Of a stretch of DNA of 64,000 nucleotides, positions 1 to 11,842 are shown piece by piece. The stretch covers positions 248,001 to 312,000 of the forward strand of contig JASTWF010000346.1 in NCBI GenBank assembly GCA_030390025.1, written 5' to 3'. Source of the DNA: Squalus acanthias. Its lineage: Eukaryota. The first letter of the stretch is position 1; each line of letters opens with the position of its first letter. A model generated the notes under the pieces. It ran no database searches, was not told the origin of the DNA, and saw only the letters and a list, made by a program, of their open reading frames with translations. The position numbers and the translations under genes were made by a program.

Positions 1-287
1 TGGGAATCCCTGGCCCAAGACCGCACAAAGTGGAGCAGAAGCATCCGGGAAGGCGCCGAACACCTCGAGTCTCTTCGCCGGGAGCAAGCGGAAGCCAAAT
101 GCAGGCAGCGCAAGGAGCGCACGTCAACCCAAGCACCCCACCCACCCACCTGCCCCTTCAACCACCGTCTGCCCCACCTGTGACAGAGACGGTAGGCCCC
201 GCATTGGACTCATCAGTCACCTGAGAACTCATTTTTAATGTGGAAGCAAGTCATCCTTGGTTCCGAGGGACTGCCTAAGAAGAAGAA
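1..287 (+). mobile_element. RTE-clade LINE 3' end
   Basis: Translates WESLAQDRTKWSRSIREG...CPTCDRD...RIGLISHLRTH (C-terminal zinc-finger-like motif); ends in (AAG)n tail. Confidence 0.75.
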
Positions 288-690
288 GGGTACGAGCCCC
301 ACTCCAGAGACTTGAGCACTAAGTCCATGCTGACACTCCCAGTGCAGTGCTGAGGGAGCGCTGCACTGTCGGAGGTGCCGTCTTTCGGTTGAGACCCCGT
401 CTGCTCTCTCAGGTGGACGTAAAAGATCCCGCGGCCACTATTTTGAAGAAGAGCAGGGGAGTTCTCCCCGGTGTCCTGGGGCCAATATTGATCCCTCAAC
501 CAACATCACTAAAAAAGAGATGATCTGGTCATTATCTCATTGCTGTTTGTGGGAGCTTGCTGTGCGCAAATTGGCTGCTGCGTTTCCTACATTACAACAG
601 TGACTGCACTTCAAAAAGTACTTCATCGGGTGCAAAGTACCATGGGACGTCCTGAGGTCCTGAATGGCACGATATATAAATGCGAGTTCT
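288..690 (+). mobile_element. Deu-domain SINE (SacSINE1/AmnSINE-like)
   Basis: Central ctggtcattatctcattgctgtttgtgggagcttgctgtgcgcaaattggctg domain and L2-like tail atatataaatgc. Degenerate copies at about 22890-23245 and 48290-48780. Confidence 0.7.
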
Positions 691-1539
691 GTCATTCATT
701 GATAATACATGCGTTTTGATTCTGGAAGAAATGTACCGTTGTACAGTTGTGTGACACATGGCTGGAAGATGTACGGCAGGTCTCCAGATGATCTACCGCT
801 GAAGGGATACGTCGCTTTAGTGCAGACGCCTGCCATTTGTACGCTTTTGTCATGACCCCCATCTGAGATGCTCGAGCAATGAACACTTCGACTTCCAGGT
901 ACGGTCCTCGTGGCTTCAGCGGACTGACACAGCCCATGGTTCACCGCACGCGTGCTGAGTGTACCTGAAGCTGACGGCGCGGTGCAAAGACCACTCGGCA
1001 TACAGGCCCACAGAGAACGACTTGTCAGCCTTTCAGCCGGCGTGAGTCCCAGTATTTTCGTTACGGATTAAAATCAATTACCATATTTGTGCCGTGAAGT
1101 CTAGCGCACGAAAGGTCGCTGCTACCTCGAGGCGTTTCTACACCAGACTCCGAGGCTTCAGAATGGTATCACTTGTTGTGAGCTGGATTGTTAAACTTAG
1201 GCTCCGTGCTTTGCCAATCTAGAGTGAAATAAAAGCTGCTTTGGAGACAAGGAAAAACCGTTTTGCTCTGTCACAAGAAATCCATTTTATACAAAACAAA
1301 TCCCCACTTCATTCTTTAGAAATCTTTAACTCTCGAATCAACTTCGCATTTCTTTTTTTACAGCTAATGTCAGCCACCCGTAACACATGCTTCCTATTTA
1401 CAGCCCAGTCATAATACAAAGACTAACCCTTCAAACCACCTCTACTGCAAGGAATTAACCCTTCCACACATCACCTCCGTTTACAGAATGTGGTTCCATG
1501 CTAGACCGGTTGTCCCATTTCAATTAAATGTAATTATTT

Positions 1540-1978
1540 TATTCCTTCTTGGGATCTGGGCGTCACTGGCAAGGCCGGAATTTATTGCCCATCCCTAGTT
1601 GCCCTTGAGAAGGTGGTGGTGAGCCGCCTTCTTGAACCACTGCAGTCCGTGTGATGAAGGTACTCCCACAGTGCTGTTAGGTAGGGAGATCCAGGATTAT
1701 GATCCAGCGACGATAAAGGAACGACGATATACTTCCAAGTCAGGATTGTGTGTGACTTGGAGGGGAACTTGGAGGTGGTGGTGTTCCCATGCGCCTGCTG
1801 CCCTTGTCCTTCTAGGTGGAAGAGGTCGCGGGTTTGGGAGGTGCTGTTGAAGAAGCCTTGGCGAGTTGCTGCAGTGCATCTTGTAGATGGTACACACTGC
1901 AGCCACGGTACGCTGGTGGTGGAGGGAGTGAATGTTTAAGGTAGTGGATGGGGAGCCAATCAAGCGGGCTGCTTTGTC
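1540..1978 (-). mobile_element. CR1/L2-group LINE (family B) 3' fragment
   Basis: [37 protein letters not shown], matching the ORF at 15114-15698; shared gggatgggcaataa 3' end. Confidence 0.85.
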
Positions 1979-2029
1979 AGCCAGTACTCAAAGGTGAATG
2001 CATGGACTTTCAGGCTAAGAGACACATGA

Positions 2030-2640
2030 CAAAGGTCAGGGCGTGTGGAGCCAGGGGTCAGGCAGCAGAATGGATTGAAAGATGACCACAAAACAGAAAA
2101 CAGAGGGTGGGAGTTTAGGGAAGTTTCTCGGACTGGTGGGAAGTGGGAAATGGTGTCCCGAAGGTATCTGTGCCACGAAACTGGCGTTCACCAGATATAG
2201 AATCGATTTGAACTCGGGAATTGGAGGTGTCGAAATTTGCAGATGATACCAAACTGGGGTGGGTGGGGTAGAGCTAATAATGTGGAGGACTGCACCAAAA
2301 CACAAGAAGACATTAACAGGCTTGCAGAGTGGGCAGATAAATGGCAAATGGAATTCAGTATAGCGAAGTGTGAGGTGGTTCATTTTGGTAGGAGGAATAA
2401 GGAGGCCACATATTTCTTGGAAGGTAAGAAATAAGGTAGAGGAGCAAAGCAATCTGGGTTAGACCACACTTGGAGTACTGTGCGCGGTTCTGGTCTCCAA
2501 ACTACAAAAAGGATATTGAAGACTTACAAGGAGGTTCCCAGAATTGAGAGGAGACAACTATCAGGAAAGACTGAGCAGGCTGGGGGCTCTTTTCTCTGGA
2601 AATTGCTTCCACTTGTGGGTGAGTCCAGAACAAGGGGATG
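2030..2640 (+). mobile_element. Degenerate CR1 LINE RT fragment
   Basis: FADDTKLG...QEDINRLAEWADKWQMEFSIAKCEVVHFGRRN. Confidence 0.8.
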
Positions 2641-2859
2641 TAAGACTAACTGATTGAACCATCAGCTAATTCTTCCGAATGTCCAATAGCCTCTTCTGAA
2701 AACATCCTGCCGTTAGATTGCTGTGATAAACCAGGGGTCTAGCAGGTGCTATCCACTGCACCGTCTGCAGTAGATGTATCTTGTTGGTTAGCGATTAATC
2801 TTCAGAAATCTGCCAGGGTAGGTGAGTTCACCTGGATCAGTATTCACTTGGACAGTTTA

Positions 2860-3920
2860 CATAGGATTACATAGGATATACAGCACAGAAACAGGCCATT
2901 CGGCCCAACCAGTCCATGCCAGCGTTTATGCTCCACTCGAGCCTCCTCCCGTCTTTCCTCATCTAACTCTATCAGCATAACCCTCTATTCCCTTCTCCCT
3001 CATATGCTTGTCTAGCCTCCCCTTAAATGCATCCATACTATTTGCTTCAACCACTCCCTGTGGTAGCGAGTTCCACATTCTCACCACTCTTTGGGTAAAG
3101 AGGTTTTTCCTGAATTCACTACTGGATTTCTTGGTGACTATCTTATATTAATGGCCTCTAGTTTTTCTCTTCCCCACAAGTGGAATCATTCTCTCTGTAT
3201 CCACTCTATCAAAACCTTTCAAAATTTTAAAGACCTCTATTAGGTCATCCCTCAGCCTTCTTTTTTCAAGAGAAAAGAGACCCAGCCTGTTCATCCTTTC
3301 CTGATATGTATACCCTCGCATTTTGTTATCATCCTTGTAAATCTTCTCTGAACCCTCTCCAGTGCCTCCATATCCTTTCTATAATATGGCGACCAGAACT
3401 GTACGCAGTACTCTAAGTGTGGCCTAACCAAGGTTCGATACAAGTTTAGCATAACTTCTCTACTTTTCAATTCGATCCCTCTAGAAATAAACGCTAGTGC
3501 TTGGTTTGCTTTTTTATGGCCTTGCTAACCTGTGTCGCAACTTTTAGTGATTTGTGTATTTGTACTCCGAGATTCCTTTGCTCCTCTACCCCACCCAGAC
3601 TCACACCCTCCAAGTAAAAAGTGACCTCCCTATTCTTCCTACCAAAATGTAATACCTCACGTTAAATTTATTGCCAATTATATCCCCATTCTGCAAGTTT
3701 ATCAATGTCCTCCTGTAATTTGTTGCAGTCCTCCTCAATATTGACTATTTTCCCACCCAATTTGGTGTCATCCGCAAATTTAGAAATTGTGTTTTTGATT
3801 CCCAAGTCTAAATCGTTAAAGTAAGTTGTGAACAGCAGTGGTCCCAGCACTGATCCTTGTGGAACACCACTACCCACCTTCTGCCACTGTGAATAGCTAC
3901 CCTTTACCCCATCTCTCTGC
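2860..3920 (-). mobile_element. CR1 LINE 3' portion
   Basis: [14 protein letters not shown]...KFADDTKLGG; CR1 3' UTR and tail near 2860. Confidence 0.85.
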
Positions 3921-4069
3921 ACTTTTGAAGATCCAATGCCCAGTGCATTAAGAATTTATTTTTCACTCGCAAGCAGAAGAATGTATTGCTATACCCTTTG
4001 CCAAGTATATTGAGGTGAATGGTTGCCAAAAGATTTCAGTTCCTCTTCAGATTCTTCAACGAGACACAA

Positions 4070-4224
4070 AACAGGCGGTTTCGCATTAGTTGCCCGCTGA
4101 ACGCCCCGCCCGATATTCAGTTCCATTGACTTCAATACAAGTCAATATCAGGCGGATGGTATGACGGGCGGCAAATACAATTCCGTTTGCTTTGCGTCCC
4201 CAAACATGCCCAATTTCAACCCCC
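4070..4224. mobile_element. Palindromic MITE-like remnant
   Basis: Imperfect inverted arms (gcccg...ccgcccgatatt / aatatcaggcgg...cgggc) around ccattgacttcaat. Confidence 0.4.
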
Positions 4225-4345
4225 TTGTGTCTGACACACCTTCACATCTCAGTGTCAAACTAGATTAACAAAAAGGAAACCAACTGTTGTTTTTTTATAT
4301 GGCCTTGATATGCTGGATCTCCCCAAGGGCATGAGTCAGAAATAA

Positions 4346-5176
4346 GCAACAATAATGTGCATTTATATAGCACCTTTAATATAGTAAAACATCCCAAGGC
4401 GCTTCACAGGAGTGTTATCATACAAAATTTCATACCGAGTCACATAAGGAGATAGCAGGACAGACGACCAAAAGCTTGGTCAAAGAGATAGATTTTAAGG
4501 AACGTATGAAAGGAGGGAATTCCAGAGCTTCAGGCCGAGGCAGCTGAAGGCATGGCTGCCATTGGTGGAGCATTTAAAATTGGGGATACCGAATAGGCCA
4601 GAATTGGAGGAGCGCAGAGATCTCGGCGGGTTGGAGGGTTGGAGGAGGTTACAGAGATAGGGAGTGGCGAGGCCATGGAGGGATTTGAAAACAAGGATGA
4701 GAATTTTAAAATCGAGGCATTGGTGGACCGGGAGCCAATGTAAGTGAGCACAGGGATGATGGGTGAATGGGACTTGGTGCGAGTTAGGATACGGGCAGCA
4801 GAGTTTCGGATGAGCTCAAATTTATGGATGGTGGAAGATGGGAGGCAGGCCAGGAGAGCAGTGGAATAGTCAAGTCTCGAGGTAACAAAGGCATGGATGA
4901 GGGTTTCAGCAGCAGATGAGCTGAGGCAGGGATGGAGACGGGCGATGTTATGGAGGTGGAAGTAGGCAGTCTTGGTGATGGAGTGGACATGGGGTCGGAA
5001 TCTCATCTCAGGGTTAAATAGGATGCCAAGGTTGTGAACGGTCAGGTACAGCCTTGGACAGTGACAGGGAGAGGGATGGAGTCGGTGGCTAGGGAACGGA
5101 ATTTGTGACAGGGACCAAAGACAATGGCTTTGACCTTCCCACTGTTTAGTTGGAGGTAATTCCTGTTCATCCAGTA
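4346..5176 (-). mobile_element. L2-clade LINE ORF2 3' end
   Basis: HNLGILFNPEMRF...KTAYFHLHNIARLHPCLSSSAAETLIHAFVTSRLDYS; tail ggtgctatataaatgc. Confidence 0.85.
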
Positions 5177-5589
5177 AGCCAATAAACTTGCTGAGAATTG
5201 AAGTATCTGCTGAGGTAACTCCAGGATGTTTAGTGAAATACCAGTGGTGGATATTTGACAATCTAATTTGTATATTTGTTTGCGGTTTTCAATTGCTGTA
5301 CAATCAGGTTACAACAGATGCTGTCTTATTATCACAATTTCGTCTCATTTCTATTCTTCATGAGTAAGACCTCTGAGCACCTATCAGTGGACTGTTCAAC
5401 TGGGAGTCTTGGTAACAAATTCCGTTCCTGTCCTTATCTGACATTCACACATGTATTCCTATGGGTGTCACTGCATAGTGATCAGAGGAAACACTGCCCA
5501 GTGTTTCTCCCCCTCCTTACTTGAGGATGTTGGAATCAGCTAATTCAGTAAATGCCAGACACATTACAACACCTCGCATTTATATTACT

Positions 5590-5912
5590 TAGAATTCCAT
5601 AGAATATACAGCATAGAAACAGGCCTTTTGGCCCAACCAGTCCATACTGGCGTTTATGCTCCACTCGAGCCTCCTCCCATCCTTTCTCATCTAACTATCA
5701 GCATAACCCTCAATTCCCTTCTCCCTCATGCTTATCTAGCTTCCCCTTAAATGCAGCTATACTATTCGCTTCAACCACTCCCTGTGGTAGCGAGTTCCAC
5801 ATTCTCACTACTCTTTGGGTAAAGAAGTTTCTTCTGAATTCCCTATTTGATTTCTTGGTGACTATCTTATATTGATGGCCTCTAGTTTTGCTCTTCCCCA
5901 CAAGTGGAAACA
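5590..5912 (-). mobile_element. CR1 LINE 3' end
   Basis: KTRGHQYKI...[17 protein letters not shown]; same family as 2860-3920. Confidence 0.8.
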
Positions 5913-5916
5913 CTCT

Positions 5917-6809
5917 GGGGGAAAAATCAGGTCGCGCCCCATTTGGGGCGCAAATATCGTCTGGACGCAAATATTAGCGCCTGGCGCTAATTATCGGCAC
6001 TGACTGGAAACTTCACTTTTACCGCCCCGGGAGGTGAGTGGAGCGCTAAATCAGGCGCTGCACACCTGTCTTAAGGCGCAAAGGCCAAGGAGTGAGGCGC
6101 TAACTCAGAGCGCTGGCGAAGCTCATGTAATGTCAGTCAGCAATGGAACACACACACAATGGCACGGGCCAGTTCTTAAAGGGGATGGTTAATCTTGCTT
6201 TCCATCCACATCCTGTTCATTGCAGCCTTGAATCTCGGCCTGGAGAGACTTGCACATCAAATGTGCTGGAAAGAACAATGGAGAGTACCAGGCAAAGAGC
6301 TCAGAGTGCACCTCCCACAGTCTCTGCTAAATCGATACAAGGAATGGCAAATCAAAATGAACCTGCAAAGTGCTGCTCAGTACCCAAAACTCCTTCACAC
6401 AACGTTGAATCTCTCCAGAAGTCTCTCCCTCTCTCTCTCAGAATGCGTAGTTCAAAAATGCCACCAACAATAAAAGACAGGAAGAGGCCCCCTTTAAATA
6501 GCGCCCCCCCCAGCCCCACAGCGATTGATAGCGTTCCAGTCTTCTGGTCGTTGGATGCGCCAGGCGGTAAGGCAGGGGGCGCCACTCAATTTCCGCTCCG
6601 GGGCGCCACAAGGGCGTTGCACCATGGAATGACGTCACAATCTGCGCGCGCAGGTGGTCGCAGCGGTAAAGTTTAGCGCCGCCGCACAATCTCTAGTTAA
6701 GTTCCCGAGCGGCGCAAACATCGCTGCGCCCGGGCGTTAGCGGCTTTGCGCCCCATTAGCGCCCTCTTAAGGCGCTAACGCGAGGCGCAACCAACTGAAT
6801 TTTTACCCC
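5917..6809. mobile_element. GC-rich non-autonomous DNA transposon (PIF/Harbinger-like)
   Basis: Imperfect TIRs GGGGGAAAAATCAG / CTGAATTTTTACCCC; internal GGCGCTAA repeats; related to 60570-61365. Confidence 0.6.
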
Positions 6810-8884
6810 TATGTCTTTACCTGCCCCTGTTGCCCTGAGTAAGATCTGGATCTCAATGTGTGGCCAACAACAGTGCCCGTGAACTTTATTCCAGTACATC
6901 CACAGGTATCTTGCTGGTTTGTCCTGGATGTTGCACCACCTGCACCTTGTATTAAGATTGTGAAAAGTGAGCATCTTGTATCTCCACTTGCGCCAATACC
7001 AGTCGCTGACTGAGATGGTGGATGAGAGACATGCTCCAGTCCTCAGCCTCGGGCTGTTACTAAGTGCAGTAGAGCAGCCCAATTGCACACAATGCTTCTC
7101 CCACCCAGCTCCTGTGGGCAAGTTTCTGCAATTATCTCACCGTGCATGCAATATTTCTGCTGGGTTTTTACAAAGTGTTGTTCTGTGGCAGCTTTACAAA
7201 CTACAATTCCTGATTCAACTAGGAGTTTGTAATGAAAATATTACCAGGAAACTGGGTGTTTGAAAGGCCAGCGCTATGATATTTTTATTTGCTTTGCTCT
7301 CTTTAGACAGTTAAAAGGTAAGAATTTCAACCCTGCTCCCACTGTTGGATCACACTTTGTTCTCTCCCATTTACTGAATGTGTCAGTTTATTTTGTCTCC
7401 TTTTTGCATGTCAGTGAGTTTCATCAGAATTGATGTCAATATTGTAAAAAAAAATTCTACTAAAAGTAACAGTGAAAGCTATTAACTGACTTTTGTAATT
7501 GTAATCACCCTATATATCAATAAAGAGCCTGTTGTAAGCTCCCTGTGGTGTTATGTCAGTGTTAGTTATGGTAACAAGAGTTTGAAAAGGAAAGAGGAAG
7601 ACATTAGATCAGAGTTGTATCACACACGCATTTTAAAAGCCAGATGAATTCATGTTGGCTTCACAGCAAGACAAAAGCTAGATAGCCACCCTGTTTTATG
7701 GGGTTATTGGCTTACCCAGGTACACAGATGGTGCCCACATTGCTTGGTAAACCCGTACATTTAACCCCCTCAACAGAAAGGGTTTCCATTCGCTGGATGA
7801 TCAGATTGTGTGTAACAACAAGCAAAGGACCCTGCATGTCAATGTTGAATTAATTGAAAGTTGCCAGGGTACATTCACCCTGCACTCTGAAAGGAAGAAA
7901 ATTATGTCAACGGACAGCTTGTGGGTGATACGAATAATAGCCCCACTGCAAGTTGCATGAATGGTACTGGGGAGAGCGACAGAGACACATGCCTTTACCA
8001 AAGTGGCCACTGGGAGGATCATCAAAAAGGGCATATTTGCTGTGACAGGTCAGGAGGGGCTGTGCAGTATATTTCAGCTTGTGTGTCCCACAAAGTTAAG
8101 CACAACTTTGCCATCCATTCTTGGTGAGGTGATCATAGCTGCTTTGAGGCAGAAGTATATGAAGGAGAGCATCAGGATGCCTGTCACTTACAGGACTACT
8201 CTCGATCCCCACCCATCTGCACCTCCTCTCCACCCACCCCACACTGCCAACCCCTATAGACCTTCACTCTCCCCGCCTGGGTTCAATTAGGCATTGTGTA
8301 TTTGCAACACCGATATTCTGATTGGTCCCCTTTGAGGACAAGACACACCCAACAGTTTGTCTGAAATGTCTAATGGATCCTGCCTGCCAGCCTGAGTAAT
8401 CAAGTACTTTGCAATGTGTCATTTGATCCATTCATTCTGACTGCCAGGCTTCAGACAGAGTCTCAGTACTGCTTTCAGAGAACAGACAGGGCTCACCCTC
8501 GTGGGTTAGGACATTCTCCACCCACCACCCCACCCCCGAGTTCCTTACCTCCCCCTGCCCAAGTTCCTGATCTTCATCCACCACCGCCCCCCCCCGCCCC
8601 CCGAGTTCCTGACCTTCTCTGCCACGCAACAAGTTCCTGACTCACCCCGCCCCCCATAGATGGGGCATTGTTGGTGGGTCACAGATTGTTAACAGGTTTA
8701 TTGGGTGTGAAGTGAATAGTGACAGTGTCATGACTTCCGGATTTCGTCCAGTCCAATGATATCACTTACCGCACACGCGCCGCGGCTTTCTGAGAAATCA
8801 ACCAGGTCTAGGCAGGAGAGGGAGAACGTGGTGTGGGTGTAAAGGGGGTGGGTGTGGTGTTGGAAGAATGTGATCCAAGTCCAA

Positions 8885-9645
8885 CAGATCCTTTTTCTTC
8901 CCCCCCACCCGATTTCTCTCCCCAACTTCGATCTTATCTCGCCCTTTGATCCCCTTCCCGATTCTCCCTCTCTCCCCTTTGATCCTCTCTCACCCGCTTC
9001 GATCCCCCTCTCCCTCTTCAATCCTCTCTCTTCCCCTTTGATCACCTCTACTCTCTTCAATCTTCTCTCCCCCTTCCGATCCTCTTCCCCCTTCGATCCT
9101 CTCCCCCCTTCAATCCTCGCTCCCCTCTTCGATCCTCTCAACCCTCTTTGATCCTCTCTCACCCCTTCAATCCTCTCTCCCCCTTCGATCCTCTCTCCCC
9201 CTTTCGATCCTCTCCCCCCTTCGATCCTCTCCCCCCTTTGATCCCCTCTTTCCCCCTTCGATCTTCTCTCCCCCTTTCGATCCTCTCTCCCTTTCGATCC
9301 TCTCCCCCCTTCGATCCTCTCCCCCCTTTGATCCCCTCTTTCCCCCTTAGATCCTCTCTACCCCTTTCGATCCTCTCCCCCCTTCGATCCTCTCTCTCCC
9401 CCCTTCGATCCTTTCTCTCCCCCCTTCGAGCCTCTCTCTTCCCCCTTCGAGCCTCTCTCTTTCCCCCTTCGAACCCCCTCTCCCCTTCGAACCCCCTCTC
9501 CCCTTCGATCCTCTCTCCTCCTTTCAATCCTCTCCCCCCTTTGATCCTTCCTCTTCCCCTTCAATCCTTCCTCTTCCCCTTCGATCCCCTCAACCCTCTT
9601 TGATCCTCTCCCCCCTTCGATCCCCTCTCCCCCTTTGATCCTCTT
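8885..9645. repeat. Pyrimidine-rich minisatellite (about TTCGATCCTCTCTCCCCC), left part
   Basis: Dozens of degenerate units of about 17-20 bp; resumes after the LTR at 11015. Confidence 0.9.
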
Positions 9646-11014
9646 TGTTAGGTTTCCAAAATTTGCAGATCCCCAAAACCTAAGGAAAAACGACTTTGGA
9701 AATACCTCAGAGTGATAAAAATGCATTTGGGCCTAACGTAAGGAATTTAAGACCAAAAACCAAGTTTTGGCATTTTGAAAACATGTCTGGGCCTGTAAAG
9801 GGAGAAAAAGGCTGCGAAGGAAGTTGGGCTCGACCTCTGCAAAAGCTGTTTGGGTATTGCAGTTAATTGCAATGTCTGGGTAACCGAAATGACCTCACTC
9901 AAAGCCCCAGCATGCATTAACATTTTGACAATAGACCCGAGGAGGAGACAGTCCCACCCAAACCAACAGGTCCCATCAAACCGATTACCGAACCCATTAA
10001 AGACATGCATAAAGCAAATATTTGATCGAAGTCCTAGACCCAGTCAAGAAACCCAAAACATGAGGACAATTCAAACTCCGATTAAACAACAGATTGACAG
10101 GATGGAGCTATCCGGAAACCACTTCACACATTTACAAAACCAGTTAACACGCTAGTAAAGTCGTTACTGTTAACGAGGTCTTACAATGACCGGGATTTGA
10201 TTTGGTTTTGATAAGGCCACTTCAATTTAGTATAATTGAAGGCCCATCAAGCAGTTCAACAAAAGAAAGCAGTAACAATAGTTCAAGTTCAACAGAAGGC
10301 AGTTCTGGAGTTCAATTTGAAAGCCTGTTTTTCAGCAGAAGTCAGTGCTGGAATTACAGAGTTCAGGAGAAGCAAGTTGGGCAGTTAAAGAAGACAGTTC
10401 AGTAAGAATGGAGTTCTCTAGTTCTCCAGTAAAACAGTTCAAGTTCAACAAGCAGGCAGAAGGCAGTTTCCACAGTTCTGAAAGAAGGCAGTTCCACAGC
10501 TCGGAAGAAGACAGTTTAAACAGAAAGCAGTTCAACAAAGAAAGCCAACAACTCCAGAAGTAGGCCGACACGCAAGAAGAGACCAGAGCGACCACCTCAG
10601 TGACCATCGGACACCTCGCGGTAACAAGGGCCTTACGAAACCTTTTACTCAAAAGACTCTAAACCCTAACTCTAAACTGTCAAGGATTCGTTTGGTGAGC
10701 ATTATCCCTGGTTCTCCAGAGTCCAACCTAGCTCGTGAAGTGCGATTGGGAGGGATAAGGGTTTTTGTATATTGTAATTCTCCCTCGCCTGTACCGTGTG
10801 TTCCCCAACCTGTGTTTAAGTATTTAAGTGTGTTTTAAGTTTGTTACCTTTTTCTTTTAATAAAGTCAAAATTCTTTCATCAAAACCTGTTGTCTACTGC
10901 ATCTTTCTTCACAACCCCTAAATAAGTCCAAGGTCCAGAACCAGGGGCGTGGGAGCGATTCGAACCGCTCACTGAGTCAGAGGTGAGGCTGACCCTACCA
11001 CTCCACCCCCTACA
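9646..11014 (+). mobile_element. Solo LTR, copy 1 (1369 bp), TSD TCTT
   Basis: TGTTAGG...CCCTACA termini, TCTT at 9642-9645 and 11015-11018, TATAAT at 10231, AATAAA at 10859; homologous to copies 2 and 3. Confidence 0.85.
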
Positions 11015-11520
11015 TCTTTCCCCCCCCCTTGCTCTCCTCTCCCCTCTTCGATTCCCCTCTCCCCCTTCGATCCTCTCTTTCCCGCTTCGATCTCCTCTAC
11101 TCTCTTCAATCCTCTCTCCCCCTTTCGATCCTCTCTCCCCCCTTCGATCCCTCCTCTTCCCCTTCGATCCCCTCAACCCTCTTTGATCCTCTCCCCCGCT
11201 TCGATCCTCTCTTTCCCGCGTCGATCCCCTCTACTCTCTTCAATCCTCTCTCCCCCTTTCGATCCTCTCTCCCCCCCTTCGATCCTCTCCCCCCCTTCGA
11301 GCCTCTCTCTTTCCCCCTTCGATCCTCTCTCTTACCCTTCGATCCCCTCTACTCTCTTCAATCCTCTCTCCCCCTTCGATCCCTCCTCTTCCCCTTCGAT
11401 CCCCTCAACCCTCTTTGATCCTCTCCCCCTTCGATCCTCTCTCCCCTCTTCGATCCCCTCTCCCCCCGCCCAACCCCTTCAATCCTCTCTCTTTCCCCCT
11501 TCGATCCCCTCTCCCCCCTC
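11015..11520. repeat. Pyrimidine-rich minisatellite, right part
   Basis: Same TTCGATCC(T/C)CTC units as 8885-9645. Confidence 0.9.
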
Positions 11521-11842
11521 CTGGTCCCCGATGCCCTGAGCTGCTCTGCACGGAGCCGAGGAAAGCTGCGGCACCTTTGGATACTGCGGCTGAGCAACTG
11601 GTCAAGTGCACATGCACAGAGAGAACCAAAAATGCATTGCAAATTAACACTCCGTCCTCTTACCCTGCTTATCCTTTAGACTGCTATTGGTTTTGTTTCC
11701 CCGGGACAAAGGGAATTATTATTATAAACTAGTCTGAGTATTGCAGCGAACTTCATCGGGAAATCGCTGAACTGAAGGTATTCGGCAGCACAGTAACATC
11801 CAAACTCAAAGCGATTTGAATCAGGAAGTGCTGAGGGTGAAC

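Noticed and set aside
700..1240. Unique CpG-containing segment with GTGAGTCCCAGTATTTT (1042), resembling the donor context at 20122
   Set aside because: Only about 17 bp of similarity and no recognisable reading frame, so I cannot support an exon call.
6810..8330. Possible decayed Gypsy gag/pol
   Set aside because: Only faint Cys-motif hints; no convincing domain or LTR pair by eye.
8728..11732. Many Pro/Ser/Leu-rich or Arg/Gly/Glu-rich ORFs
   Set aside because: Low-complexity repeat translations; the same applies to 57122-57971.
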